Origin: the human T2T-CHM13v2.0 reference genome, Homo sapiens | NCBI RefSeq assembly: GCF_009914755.1 | Contig: NC_060936.1 | Length of the DNA: 64,000 nucleotides | Direction: 5' to 3' (one strand) | Part shown: piece by piece, positions 18,646 through 32,820 of the stretch | How the letters are laid out: each line of letters opens with the position of its first letter | How positions within the stretch are numbered: position 1 is the stretch's first letter | Position numbers and translations under genes: made by a program | Notes under the pieces: generated by a model | Database searches by the model: none | Told to the model about the DNA's origin: nothing | The model's input: the letters and a program-made list of their open reading frames with translations, nothing else

Positions 18646-20100
18646 ATGTGGGTGGAGGCTGGGGTGAGAGGAGGCTGGTGGCAGCGGTGTGGATGGAGGC
18701 TGGGGTGGGGGAGGCTGGCGGCAGCACTGTGGATGGAGGCTGGGGTGAGGGGAGGCTGGTGGCAGCCGTGTGGGTGGAGGCTGGGGTGAGGGGAGGCTAG
18801 GGTGAGAGGAGGCTGGTGGCAGCAGTGTGGGTGGAGGCTGGGGTGGGGGAGGCTGGTGGCAGCGGTGTGGATGGAGGCTGGGGTGAGAGGAGGCTGGTGG
18901 CAGCAGTGTGGGTGGAGGCTGGGGTGAGGGGAGGCTGGGGTGGGGGAGGCTGGTGGCAGCAGCGGTGTGGGTGGAGGCTGGGGTGGGGGAGGCTGGCGGC
19001 AGCAGCGGTGTGGGTGGAGGCTGGGGTGGGGGAGGCTGGTGGCAGCAGCGGTGTGGGTGGAGGCTGGGGTGGGGGAGGCTGGTGGCAGTGGTGTGGGTGG
19101 AGGCTGGGGTGAGGGGAGGCTGGTGGCAGCGGTGTGGATGGAGGCTGGGGTGAGAGGAGGCTGGTGGCAGCAGTGTGGGTGGAGGCTGGGGTGAGGGGAG
19201 GCTGGGGTGGGGGAGGCTGGTGGCAGCAGCGGTGTGGGTGGAGGCTGGGGTGGGGGAGGCTGGCGGCAGCAGCGGTGTGGGTGGAGGCTGGGGTGGGGGA
19301 GGCTGGTGGCAGCAGCGGTGTGGGTGGAGGCTGGGGTGGGGGAGGCTGGTGGCAGTGGTGTGGGTGGAGGCTGGGGTGAGGGGAGGCTGGTGGCAGCGGT
19401 GTGGGTGGAGGCTGGGTGAGGGGAGGCTGGTGGCAGCGGTGTGGGTGGAGGCTGGGGTGAGGGGAGGCTGGTGGCAGCGGTGTGGATGGAGGCTGGGGTG
19501 AGGGGAGGCTGGTGGCAGCGGTGTGGATGGAGGCTGGGGTGGGGGGAGGCTGGTGGCAGCGGTGTGGGTGGAGGCTGGGGTGGGGGGAGGCTGGTGGCAG
19601 CGGTGTGGATGGAGGCTGGGGTAGGGGAGGCTGGCGGCAGCAGCGGTGTGGGCGGAGGCTGGGGTGAGGGGAGGCTGGTGGCAGCGGTGTGGATGGAGGC
19701 TGGGGTGAGGGGAGGCTGGCAGCAGCGGTGTGGATGGAGGCTGGGGTGAGGGGAGGCTGGCAGCAGCGGTGTGGGTGGAGGCTGGGGTGAGGGGAGGCTG
19801 GTGGCAGCGGTGTGGATGGAGGCTGGGGTGGGGGAGGCTGGCGGCAGCAGCGGTGTGGGTGGAGGCTGGGTGAGGGGAGGCTGGTGGCAGCGGTGTGGAT
19901 GGAGGCTGGGGTGAGGGGAGGCTGGTGGCAGCAGTGTGGATGGAGGCTGGGGTGGGGGAGGCTGGCGGCAGTGGTGTGGGTGGAGCCTGGGGTGAGGGGA
20001 GGCTGGTGGCAGCCGTGTGGGTGGAGGCTGGGGTGAGGGGAGGCTGGCAGCAGCGGTGTGGATGGAGGCTGGGGTGGGGGAGGCTGGCAGCAGTGGAGGC
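18646..20100. repeat. G-rich minisatellite (VNTR), ~40-44 bp unit GTGTGG(A/G)TGGAGGCTGGGGTG(A/G)GGGGAGGCTGGTGGCAGC(AGC)G
   Basis: Roughly 35 degenerate tandem units directly visible; source of the repetitive P/H/T/A-rich and G/W-rich ORFs. Confidence 0.97.
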
Positions 20101-23100
20101 ACCTCGGGAGGCAGGGACAAGGATAGCAACTGAGTGCTGGTAAAGGCCACCCTGCTAAGTAGCCAGAAAGTTTGCAGAACCTTCTTTTGAGGGATCTGAA
20201 GTTCAAGTTCTCAAATGCTCCAGATCCTCAGTGTTCAAGAACCTCAGGAAGCTTCGCAGTCCTGCCTCGTGCCTGCTTGAACAGCTGGATGTGGGCAGGA
20301 GGCTGTGGGAGCGGGCCATGCCAGCAGAATCCCGCCTTACTCTGGGGACTTACTCTTGTCACAGCCCCTGGTGTCCTGAGGGTCATTTCAGTGTCATGTG
20401 AGTATTACTGTGGCTATTGGAAAGGATTTGGTACGAGTTTATTTGAGAAGTTAGGAGCTTTTTTTAAAAAAAAAAATTATCTTTGATAAATTTAGTAGAA
20501 TATTTTGAAAGTACTTTTTGGACAGTAATGAATGAACAAATTGCTCCTGAACTAGAAGGAGGGATCTAAACACATCATCTAAGTACAACAGTATGTCTGA
20601 AAAATATCTCTGCTTGTCTTTTATTTGCCCTTTAAAGTCTGTGCAAACAAATGTGAACAGCCTCAGGACTCTAAGAATAATATTTTTCTATGGATGTGTA
20701 TGGACAGATAAACAAAACCCCAAGGGAGAAAAAACTTCTATTTAAATAAAAATAAAGATCCCCTACAGCTCCATCCTCCTTTGCTCACTGGGTTTGCTGT
20801 ATTTCATTTTGAGATAAAAGTAGTTTGGATGATTAACAGTTGAACAAAAAGAAAGTATTTGTGTCTGTCTAAATCTATCTCTATCAATGTAATCTATCTT
20901 ATTTCTCTAATCTTATCTATCTGTCTTATCTATCGACCTAACTGTCCATCTGGTTTTGAATATTCCGTATTCCAGCCATAAGTAGTAGATCTTTTGCATC
21001 CCTGGGGTTAATGGTTCCTTGAGCAGACACTGACACTGTGCCGTTCGGGATCCCGTGGGGAAAACACCCTCTTCCTCACTGGTCAGTGATACCCTGTGCT
21101 CACAGCTCTACTCCCCCTCGGAATCTCCTGTCTGAAGCCCCTGTAGGACTCTGGGATCCTCCGAATCGGCCCTCTCCAGCTCCAAGCACACTGGGATCCT
21201 TGCCGCAGGAGGTTGCTGTTGGCTTCTGCCCATGCTGTGGGTCAGGATCTGCAGCCAACAGGCGTGGGAGCTTAGGAAGGCACCTGGTGGTTTCTCGGTA
21301 GGAAAATAGTGTGGAGTGTGTGCAATCATGTTTGAGGAAGCGTCATGAGAGGGTCACTGTCTCTGTGGTAGTGTCCTTAGGGAACCGTCTTTGCCTGGAT
21401 CCTGGGGTCAGGTTTGGCATGAACTCTGAACTTCCTCCCTCCGCAGGATCTTCAGTAGAAAGGTCCTGTCCTGAGGAAATGCTCAGAGGCACTTCTCTTG
21501 CTGAGGAAGCCTGCCTGGATGTGTGTTTTTGTCCTCATGGAGATGCACATGACAAATTGTGTGCAATGCCTCAGCACAGCCCAACAGGTTTTTTCTGTTT
21601 ACACTTAACTAGCCTACGACAGCGGGAGGAAACCTTAAATATTTCCTTTTCTTCCCACAAACGCTTTATCTAATAAAACAAAATTACTGCAGATGAAGCA
21701 GGGAGTGATTTAAATCGTCATTTAAATCAAGGACCTGATTTGGTTTGGCCTCCCTGGGGGACCTTTTAGCTTGTGCTATGCTGATAACGTCTCTACAGAC
21801 TAAACCGACCAGAGCAGAAGGCAGGGTGGCAGTGCCCGTGGTGGGGTGGACAGCGTGGGGGCCGGCAGTGTCAGTCACTGAGTGCTGGGTTGGCCCCTCA
21901 CTCCTCCATATTTCTGTACCAGTAAAATAGGTTGAAACTGACATCGAGGGCAGCTTCAAGAAGGTGGGGAGAGACCACGAGGGCAGTAATGCAGAGGCTG
22001 TCACCCTCTGGAGCTACTGCTCGGGGACTGAGAAGGAATTCAGTCTTGAATACATGTTAACCTCAGTTCCCGCTCCTTATCTGGACTGGCTGGCTCCCTT
22101 CTGCGCCAAGAATCTGAAGCCCAGCTCTGTAAAGCAGCAATTCCCAACTATTTTCCCCCTAAAATACACGAGACGCACTCCCATGGGGCCTATCTAGATT
22201 GCAGGCTGCGGCACAGATAAATCAGGCTGTGGGTTGGGCGCAGTTCCCAGTAAAACCCCACTTCTTTCTCTCCCACTCAAGAAAGCAGACCTCCATACGC
22301 GTAAGTGGGAGATGGTGCTCTGTCGCCCCAGCCCTTGGCGGGGGACTCGGCCTGTAAAAGCTGCCAAATAAATATTTACTAAGTGAAAGATAGCCCTGAA
22401 TCCACACTAATTTGTATTTTTTTAAAGTCATTCATAAACTTTAGCATTTTAACTATTAGTTAGTAATTAATCCCAATAAACCGGCAGGATTTTGTGATTG
22501 TGAAACTGCTGCAATGCGTTGGTCAGCAGGAATATTTGTTAGCATTTTTATGGGCTCTTAAAGTCGTCTTAGCTGTGTTACTGATAAAGCCAGCCACAGG
22601 CTTTATCAGTCCTGCCGTTGGCTGTCAGCGCTGCCTGGATAAACTCCTCATCCTTCCCGGGAAGAAACTTCTAGCAATGCTTAAGCAGGAGGCCAGGGAA
22701 GAGAGAATCTTGATACTGCCTGCTCACCATAGGCCCTCTGGGGGCCTGCCCTGTGTGGACAGATGCTTCATTTCATGATCGTATACAAATCGAGAGCAAG
22801 AGTCTCCTAGCCGCGCTGAGCGTGGGGCACTTGCCACCTCACTGCTGTTGGAACTCTGGAGTTGGGGCCAAAGGATGTAGCCCCTCCTCGGGGGAGGGCA
22901 GTGGGGTCAGGTGAAGATTCAAGAGCTCCTCTTTGCCTTGTCATCTAGTTGTCCTATTCTGGAGGAATTTTAAATAAGGATTTAAAAAAAAAAAAGGACT
23001 TATGTATTATTTTAAAGAGCAGCCTTGAATAGGCAGGCATATTTTAGTAAAAATAATTTTTTAACCCTGCGGTGTGAAGACTGCCAGTCAAATACAGTGA

Positions 23101-23915
23101 TGGTCATTATCACTCACCTGCCCCCGCCCCCAGGCTGGAGGAAACAGAGTGCAGAGTTAGAATGCTTCTGGAGCATTCATGGCTGCCGGGAGATGCCCGA
23201 GAGGACGTTGAGGGCAGGGCAGGGTGAGCAGGGAGCTAGCTCACCTTAGGAGTGCAGAGACCATCCCAAGCAGGGTCTGCAGACACTGACTTCAGGTGAC
23301 CAGGCATGGAGATGGCAGGTGAAACAGGTAAGTATGCCCCAAAAATGATGGGAAAGAGTGAACTGGGATCACTTAGAAATCGGAAGCAATACAACAAAGG
23401 CTAAACATATTTGAGTAGGAGTTCAGGGTAGACACGCTCTTGGATATCAAGAGCATAAACAGAGGAGCTAACAAAAACACTGCAGAGAAGCTCCATCGCC
23501 CCCTGTAGTTACCCCACCTAGCGTGGCTGGGAGAAGCTGATACTTCTTTTCTCCGTGGATTCAGGGGCATTTCCCACCTATTTTAGGTATGCCAGTTTGA
23601 CACAATGAACTTTAGACGTAACATTTCATAACTGCGATATAATTTCCTTCTGTTTTTAGGCCTTGAACAAAATTTTCTTTAATGGGAAAGCACACATTTT
23701 ATACTGAATTCTAATTATGTTCATCTTGTTTTTTGAATTATTTAGCTACCTCTAATAGAGAGTCTGAAAGATGATTACATTCCACAGTACTAACATTTTC
23801 AATGGCCCTGAAAGACGTGAGATGCATTGCTGCTACTATTTTATCAAATTATTGTTTCTAAAATGCTGTTTTACTCTTCTAGTAGGAAGAGTGACTTTTA
23901 AAACAATGGATATTG

Positions 23916-24210
23916 GCTGGGCGTGGTGGCTCACACCTGTATTCCCAGCACTTTGGGAGGCCGAGGTGGGTGGATCACCTGAGATCAGGAATTTGAGACC
24001 AGTGTGGTCAACATGGTGAAACCCCATATCTACTAAAAATACAAAAATTAGCCAGGCATGATGACAGGCGCCTGTAATTCCAGCCACTTGGGAGGCTGAG
24101 GCAGGAGAATACTTGAACCTGAAGGCAGAGGTTGCAGTGAGCCGAGATCGCGCCACTGCACTCCAGCCTGGGTGACAGAGCAAGACGCCGTCTCTAAAAT
24201 AAAATAAAAC
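23916..24210 (+). mobile_element. AluS
   Basis: Full dimer; TSD taaaacaatggata. Confidence 0.9.
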
Positions 24211-24837
24211 AATGGATAGTTTGTCCAACATGGTATGTTAAAAGCGCAGAGAAGCTGAAGAATGATGATGAAGACTAAAATAACGATGATAAGCAAAGAA
24301 CTAAGCAGGCATCTGTGCAGTGATTCAGGAGGGGTGTCCATGAGGGGCGGCTTCGGAGCAGCTCTCCCTGTAACTTATCTCACAGTTCCCTCCTCCTTTA
24401 AGGAGTCAGACCACGGTGGGCTTTGCTTTAGAGACATGCCACTGTGTGCTTTGTTGCTCGTGACTATCCCTTCACCTTTCTAGAGGTGCTCGTCTTCATG
24501 TAAAGTCGGGTGAAGCTTTTTCACTCCTGGAGAAAAGCTCTTACAACATTTTTGGGACAAGGAGCAGGTGTGCCTCAGCGAGCCTGTCATTATCTGGGGA
24601 GGGGGCTCCAGATAACACACTTCTACTTGCTTTCTTTAGGGAAACGACATGGTCTCCTCCTGTAACACTCCCCAAAAGAAGTATGAAAGCCGACATAAAA
24701 TACGAATATGATCTTTGCATTAAGTATTAAATATAATACCTTCAATGTAGTATTTGTGCTTCTCTCTATCCAGTTCTCAGTTGTTTAGGGATCTTCTGAG
24801 GGCAAACCAAAAATGTCAGTAAAGCAAAAATATATCA

Positions 24838-25248
<411 letters not shown>

Positions 25249-27397
25249 TTATTACTCAGGCTGGTATTTAGTTTGCTGACTTTTAACTCTCAGAGCTGAA
25301 CAGTCTAATCCTTGATCATTCCAGAGTGAGTTTAGGAATTTGTAGTCATTTCCTTTTTACTGGGTATTTGCATACATCACTAACCAGCTGGGATTAGAAT
25401 GAGCAGTCTCTCGATGCTGAAATGGAATGATGAGAACTCAGGGCCAGCCTGAAATGTTCATCCTCATCGATTAATCCTTAATGAACACTCATGCATAGAT
25501 GACATCAAAGAAGGTCCTTTGCAATGTACAGGGAAGACAAACCAGCTTCCATAGTGTACATTCTTAAAGGAAGGTTCCAATAGACCGATACACATAGTTA
25601 ACATTTTGTATTTTTATCCATGTTTTGCCCCAAGATTAAACATTAGGAGTAACGTGGACATTTGCTCAGTGTCGAGGGAAGGGTCAGTGCATATAACTAG
25701 GAAGAAGGCTATCTGGCAGGGTTGGGAACGTGACCTCTTGCCCTCCAAAGCCTGGGATGCTGAAGTGAATGCCTCCAATCTTGCGGTGTATGGACACAGA
25801 GCGAACGCTGCCCTCTGAATACAGACCAGAGGTTAGAGGTTAATGAATGGGTGCTCTCTCCACACTCAGGATCCCGTTCAATAGCGGTTTTATAAATAAG
25901 GGCTTAAATGGGGTCAGAAAAGGACCTGCATATTGCTTCCAAACTCTCTACATCTTTTTGAAGCAATAGTGTTCACAGATGACATCCTTCCACCTGGGAA
26001 GACAGAGATGAAGCTCTTGTGCTTGGAGAACTGGACGGCTACTCCTGGCTCAGTGTGTCTAAAAACAGGACCAAATGGAAAACATAGTGGGGGGGGAGGT
26101 CCTTGCTGCCCCCTATTCTTCTCTAGTAATCCCTTAAAAAATAATTGCGGACCCAAACCTCTGGCCTCCAGCACATTTTCCACTTGATTAGAGGCCTTTG
26201 TGAGGTGGGGAAAGGGACCTGCAGACTTGTGTATTGTGCTGGGGCCTGAAATGTCCAGCTGGGATTTTTTCCCATCAAAAGGGGATTTTAGTAAAACCAT
26301 TATCAGGGGCTTAGAGGAGAAAAGCTGTTGAGCTGCAAGTGAGGGGGCAGATTAGCATTAGCGGGCTTGCTTCTGGCCCCAGTGGAGGAGCGGGAAGGTG
26401 TTTGCAGCCACTTGCACACAAGTTCCTTAGTTTCTCTGCAAGTTCCTGGCAGGTGCAGAGGTAGGAATGAATACAGGAGTGGGAACTAACAGGCTTGAAC
26501 AATGGCACAGGGAGGCTTTATCTCTGAAGTATCAAGCGGAAGGCAGCCCAAATCAGGAAGGACTGCAAGGTGTTGTTGATACCTGCTTCAGTGTGTAGAC
26601 GGCCGTGGGACTGGCCTCATTGCTGTTATGTGTGGCCACGTCGCCTGGAATCCCCCACCCACAACACTCGACCCCTCTCGACAGTCTTCATAGACGGCGA
26701 CAGGAAATTCAGAAACTGGGAAATGGCCATGCTGGAGTCCTTTAATGGGCGAATGGACACCTTTAGGGTGGGGGGTGGGTGTGCTGGTAGCAGCTAAAAG
26801 AGTACAGAGGAAGGTTAGGAAAGCAGCAGCAGTGGCTGTCAGCCTGCAAATCAGTGTCCGGGCTGTGTGGATTTGCAGACTGAGCCACGGGAACCTCCTG
26901 GGGAGAGGGTTTGGGGAAGGTCCCCTACAAGAGAAACGTGCATCATCTTGGGATTACTGGAGCCCTCAGCTATACCTTCCTCTGCAAAACGGAGCACAGA
27001 AACTGGAGTCACGTGGTTTGGATGGAGAATGTTGAAGCCAATAGAGTAATTGCTGCCTGAAGGGCCCATGTGAGGAATGTCGGAGCCGGCCTGTCCCGGA
27101 AATGCTTTTTCCTATGTGTCCTCTGTACACTGTTGCTCTAGCTTCCCGGCAGAAATGGGGTGTGGATGAAAACAACGTTGGTCCTGACGGCTGTGAGCAC
27201 AGAACTAGAGTGACAGCCACATGCCTCCCGTAGGACATTTTCAGGCTTGCAGTGCTGCCACCTCAGAGGTCTCAGTCACACCAACATCCTCACGCCAGCC
27301 CAGTGGCCACATTCGCAAGAGATTTGTCTAGAGTCAAATTCAAAGGTTGTTTCTGTGGTTACAGAAAGAGGGCCTACCTTCTTGAAAATGAAGCCCA

Positions 27398-27827
27398 GGG
27401 CCGGGCCTGGTGACTCACGTGTGTAATCCCAGCACTTTGGGAGGCTGAGGCGGGTAGATCACCTGAGGTCAGGAGTTCAAGACCTGCCTGGCCAACATGG
27501 CAAAACCCTGTCTCTACTAAAAAATACAAAAATTAGCCAGGCATGGTGGCACGTGCCTGTAGTCCCAACTACTCAGGAGGCTGAGGCAGGAGCATTGCTT
27601 GAACCCGGGGAGCAGAAGTTGCAGTGAGCTGAGATTGCACCACTGCATTCCAGCCTGAGCAACAGAGTGACTCTGTCGAAAGAAAAGGAAGGAAGGAAGG
27701 AAGGAAGGAAGGAAAGGAAAGAAGGAAAAGAAAGAAAAGAAAGGAAGAAAAGGAAGAAAGAAAGAGAAAGAAGAAAGAAAAAGAGAAAGAAAGAAAGAAA
27801 AAGAAAAGAAAAGAAAGAGAAAGAAAA
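27398..27827 (+). mobile_element. AluS with ~150-nt (GGAA/GAAA)n polypurine tail
   Basis: Alu 27398-27678 followed by a pure A/G tract. Confidence 0.9.
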
Positions 27828-29635
27828 CGGAGTCCAGGAAAGCTGTTCTTGGAGGCTATGAATCAAGGAGCAGCCCTCCCAGTTCTTCCGAGGAGCAGCT
27901 TTAGGAACTGCTGGTCCTCAGCGTTCACACATTCCCCTCACTCAGTTCTCATTCTGGCTCCTCAGCCAGCCCCGTTTTCTTCTTCTTGGCTTTGTGCAGG
28001 GTGATACGTGTTTGCTTTTCTTTCCTTTACAACCTGTATTCTCTGTTTGGGGTGCCTTCCCTGAATCTGTATTCTTTCAGTGTAGTCACTAAGAATGGCA
28101 TATTTCAGCTATTACTTTCCAAAAGTTGCGCAGGGAGATGTTCTGCTTTCATAAGACCTTCACGGATGGTGCCAGGAATGAATGTAATTTGCCTTATGCA
28201 CAGGCCCCAAGTCCCTGAAACTTTTCCTTTTTTATTTATTCTCTAACCAAAAATGACGTCTATATTACAGAGCTTATAAGCTGTGGCTCCTCTAGCCAAT
28301 ACAGCTTGGTAGAAGCATCTGCAGGGGATAACTGCCTCCACCTTTTTTCCCACTTCTACACCTGCCCTTCCCACTCACAGTTTGATTCCCCGAGGCCAGG
28401 CTGTTGAGTACCAGGAGGGCAAGACCCGAAGGCCTCTCCTGCCCTCAGCCTGTCTCTTCTTGTGCCATTCTACGGAATCTGGCTACATTGGCTCAGAAGT
28501 TATTTTTGTAAGTTCTGCTACCTTGTCCTAATGTCAGTTTTCTGTAGGAGGAATTTAGGTCACACAAGCAACTTTACTTCTTCGTCAGGGCTGTTATTAT
28601 TTTCATCTTCATAGACTCTCTTATATTTTATGAAGATGTCTTCATCTGGGCAATAAAGATACTCCTTTTAATAAAAATTAAAAAAAATTAAAAAAAAGAT
28701 ACTCCTAAAATTTTAAAATGTTTTTTCCTGAAAGGCTCTCTAGAATTTGTCCTCACAGATACACTTCTGATTTTTCTTTTGTAATAAAAAAAACTAGCTC
28801 TTTTTCTTGCTGTTTAAATTGATACCTCCATGTATGACTAAAATTTTTCCCATTTTCTTCCTCCCAAACTCCCCAGATATGGCAATCTAAGAAGGATTTG
28901 TATGAAGTGCCCTTTAAGAAGAATTAGAAGTTTAAAGAGAAAAAAAAAAAAGCATTAGAAGTTAATGTTTGATTCTCTTAGCTCCAAAAGCAGAGAGCTG
29001 CAAAATAACACCTGGCTCTGGGGAGTAACCTCACTGATATTTTAAAATTCAATTTCATCTTTTCCAGGAAGTGAAATTCCTCATTTGTCAACTCTTACGC
29101 CTGGAGGAAATACTTTGCGGGTGCGGGTGAAAGAGAAAGGACCAGAGGGGATTTGTTAGATGGGAGGAGGTTGTGGTTCCCCTTGGGAAATAGCTTCCAA
29201 CTCACAGACAATGCTGCCACCTACTGACAAGACCAAGACATGGGACGTGCAGACTTCGTGGATTTCTCCACTTTCTGTCTTCCACAGTGGAGGACATTTA
29301 GTTTTGCATTAACCATACTTTATTGTACTACCTTATATTGGACCCTAAAATCATGTTCATAAACTTGGGGTAAAGAAAAACACAAGGTCGGACTCCTAGT
29401 TTTAATAACTCCAGGACAGGTGTGGATATGATTCACAGCTGCTTCACAATGGGGAAGGTAAATTGTGTGTAAGAGGGTTTTTTGTTGTTTTTTTAAAGGG
29501 CTGGGGAGGCTGAAGCAACAGTCCAGAAGGAGACAATAACAGTTTTCCAGCCCTACCTTTCAATAATGTGTAGTGCTTGACTTTTACCTCTTAACCCACA
29601 TATGCACATTTTTATTTCTAAAGAAAGCAGTTGTA

Positions 29636-29915
<280 letters not shown>

Positions 29916-30672
29916 ATAAAGCAGGGATGAAGCTGTTTGCTGCTAAATCCTGTGTCCTACGTTAATGAGTTTCTGCAGTTCCCCTTGTGATTCCATTGAA
30001 AATTAGACCCTTCTGTGTAGGGAAGAGAGAGGCCAGCTGCCTTCCTGGGGGTCATGCTGTTCTGATTGTTGACATCTGACCCTGAGCACAATGGCAGGGC
30101 ATCTGTCTCAAGTGCACAGACATCAGCTAGGGCTGGAAGAGCCAATCCTCCATCTACTCCAGGCTCTGGAAACTTGAAGACCTTTTCTGCTTCGTACAAC
30201 CGTCAGCTGTCAGCTGGATGAAGTTCAGGGGGCCACAGAACTTAACCATCCTGCTTTTACAGATTCCTGAAAACTGGCTAAATTCTGTGCATCTGAAGTA
30301 AATTAGGAAAGGTAGAAATTGTCACTTTCATCTTGTCATTTTCGTGTTGTTTGCTTAAGACACACGTACTGGCCATCTTGTCGTTGTTGTTGTTCACAGC
30401 AGTGGAGTTTTGGGCAATGAAGTTAAGGTTTAAATTACTGAAAGCAGAAATGCTTGTCTTCCATCTGAGAACATGAAGCATTTATTTGAGGGGCGTTTGC
30501 GGGCTTAACTGTTACAATTTCTCCCTTACTTTACTCATGTGTCCAATTTTAGCCTCAGTGATTGTTCTAGAGATTCTCAGAAATAGCAGGACTAATTTTT
30601 TTGGCTCCTCCCTGTTTAGTGACTACGTCTCAGAAAGCCTTGCCTTGGGCTAGAAAAAGGTAGCAGATGTGT

Positions 30673-31111
<439 letters not shown>

Positions 31112-31809
31112 TTAATATTTATGAAAAATTAATGTGGTCTCAACTGTTTTCCCACAGTCCAGTTCCAGTGTCTCAGATCCATGATGTAAGGAGTAATTGT
31201 TGACACCCCACTGTGTGGTAGGTCTGATCCTTCTGGAGTGTGGATTACGTAAATGGGGGAGTAATAAATATAAGAAGGTGCCTAGTATTAACAAATTAGA
31301 CCCTTTTACTCTTTCTGGACAAGTGGGATTTGTAACTAAAACATCTGTGAAGTCAAGCCTTTTTGCCCTTGAATGAAGAGAAAATAGCTAGAGTTTTTGC
31401 AACTTGATTCTACTTTATAAAAGGATTGTGTGGCAGGTATTTATAGCATGTGAAATATGTGTGAGTTCCTAGCTTTGAAGCTCTCATGAGCATGTACTTC
31501 CAGCATTAGTATTCTGCATTACTATGTGCAACAAAGCAGTGTTTTGGAAACTGGCTCAAATCCTCTGAGAGCAACAGGCAACAGATTTGACAGTTAGCTA
31601 CTTCAGTACCTTATAGACCATTTAACAACATGTACTAGTTTTTTGGTTTCCTGAATAACCCTATATAATGCTTGCAAACATGTCTAAGTTTGCATAAGGT
31701 AGTGCATATTAAATAGTAATAACTTTTAGCATTTGGGGTTTTTTTTTTTTTTTTACTCCTAATGAAAATAATATGCTTTGGTGTGGCACCTTTTAAGAAA
31801 CTTTTTTTT

Positions 31810-32060
31810 AAGGCTGAGGTAGAAAGATCCCTTGAGCCCAGAAGTCCGAGATTGTAGTGAGCTCTGATCATGCCACTGCACTCCAGCCTGGGCAACAGAG
31901 CGAGACTCTGTCTCAAAAAAAAGACAAAAAATAATAATTTTTTTAAGAGATGGGGTTTTGCTGTGTCGCCCAGGCTGGTCTTGAACTCGTGTGTTCAAGT
32001 GATCCTCCCACCTCAGCCGAGTGAGTAGCTGGGACTACAGATGTGTGCCGTGCCTGGCTT
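31810..32060. mobile_element. Two Alu fragments tail-to-tail (+ 31810-31930; - 31935-32060)
   Basis: Right-arm piece with A tail abuts a T-run and a reverse monomer. Confidence 0.8.
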
Positions 32061-32465
32061 GGTGCCACACATCTCTGAAGAGAGACAGGGTGGTGCTTTG
32101 CAGTGCCCCTGTGAGCCGCCTCCATGCTGGTCACCTTCTGCATTGGTCATTAAGTCTAGAGCAGCCCAGGTTCTGACACTAGGTTCTCCTCTAATTACCT
32201 AGGCAAAATCTTTTCCACTTTGTTAAGCATCTTTTCCCATTTATAAAATTAAATGTACCACATCTGCCAGATTTGGGAAAACAAAAATGTTGAGACAGAG
32301 AAACCGAACATTGTGTTATGACTGAGTTCTTCCACAGATCACACTCACATTCCTGACCTGGTCTCACTTGGGTTTCTCTGCTGCGCCACGGCTGCAGACC
32401 CAGTTCTCTTCTTTGTAATTGAGACTCATTTGTTTCCACTATCACAAATGCAAGTATCCTTGTAA

Positions 32466-32820
<355 letters not shown>

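Noticed and set aside
18646-20100. CRISPR-like array or PRDM9 hotspot motif
   Set aside because: No unique spacers. I could not find an exact CCNCCNTNNCCNC match in the unit variants checked. Chi has no established eukaryotic function.
18615-20206. 511-aa and 469-aa minus-strand ORFs and many + strand G/W-rich ORFs as standalone genes
   Set aside because: They are translations of the VNTR. The C-rich strand lacks stops in several frames, and the starts are not ATG.
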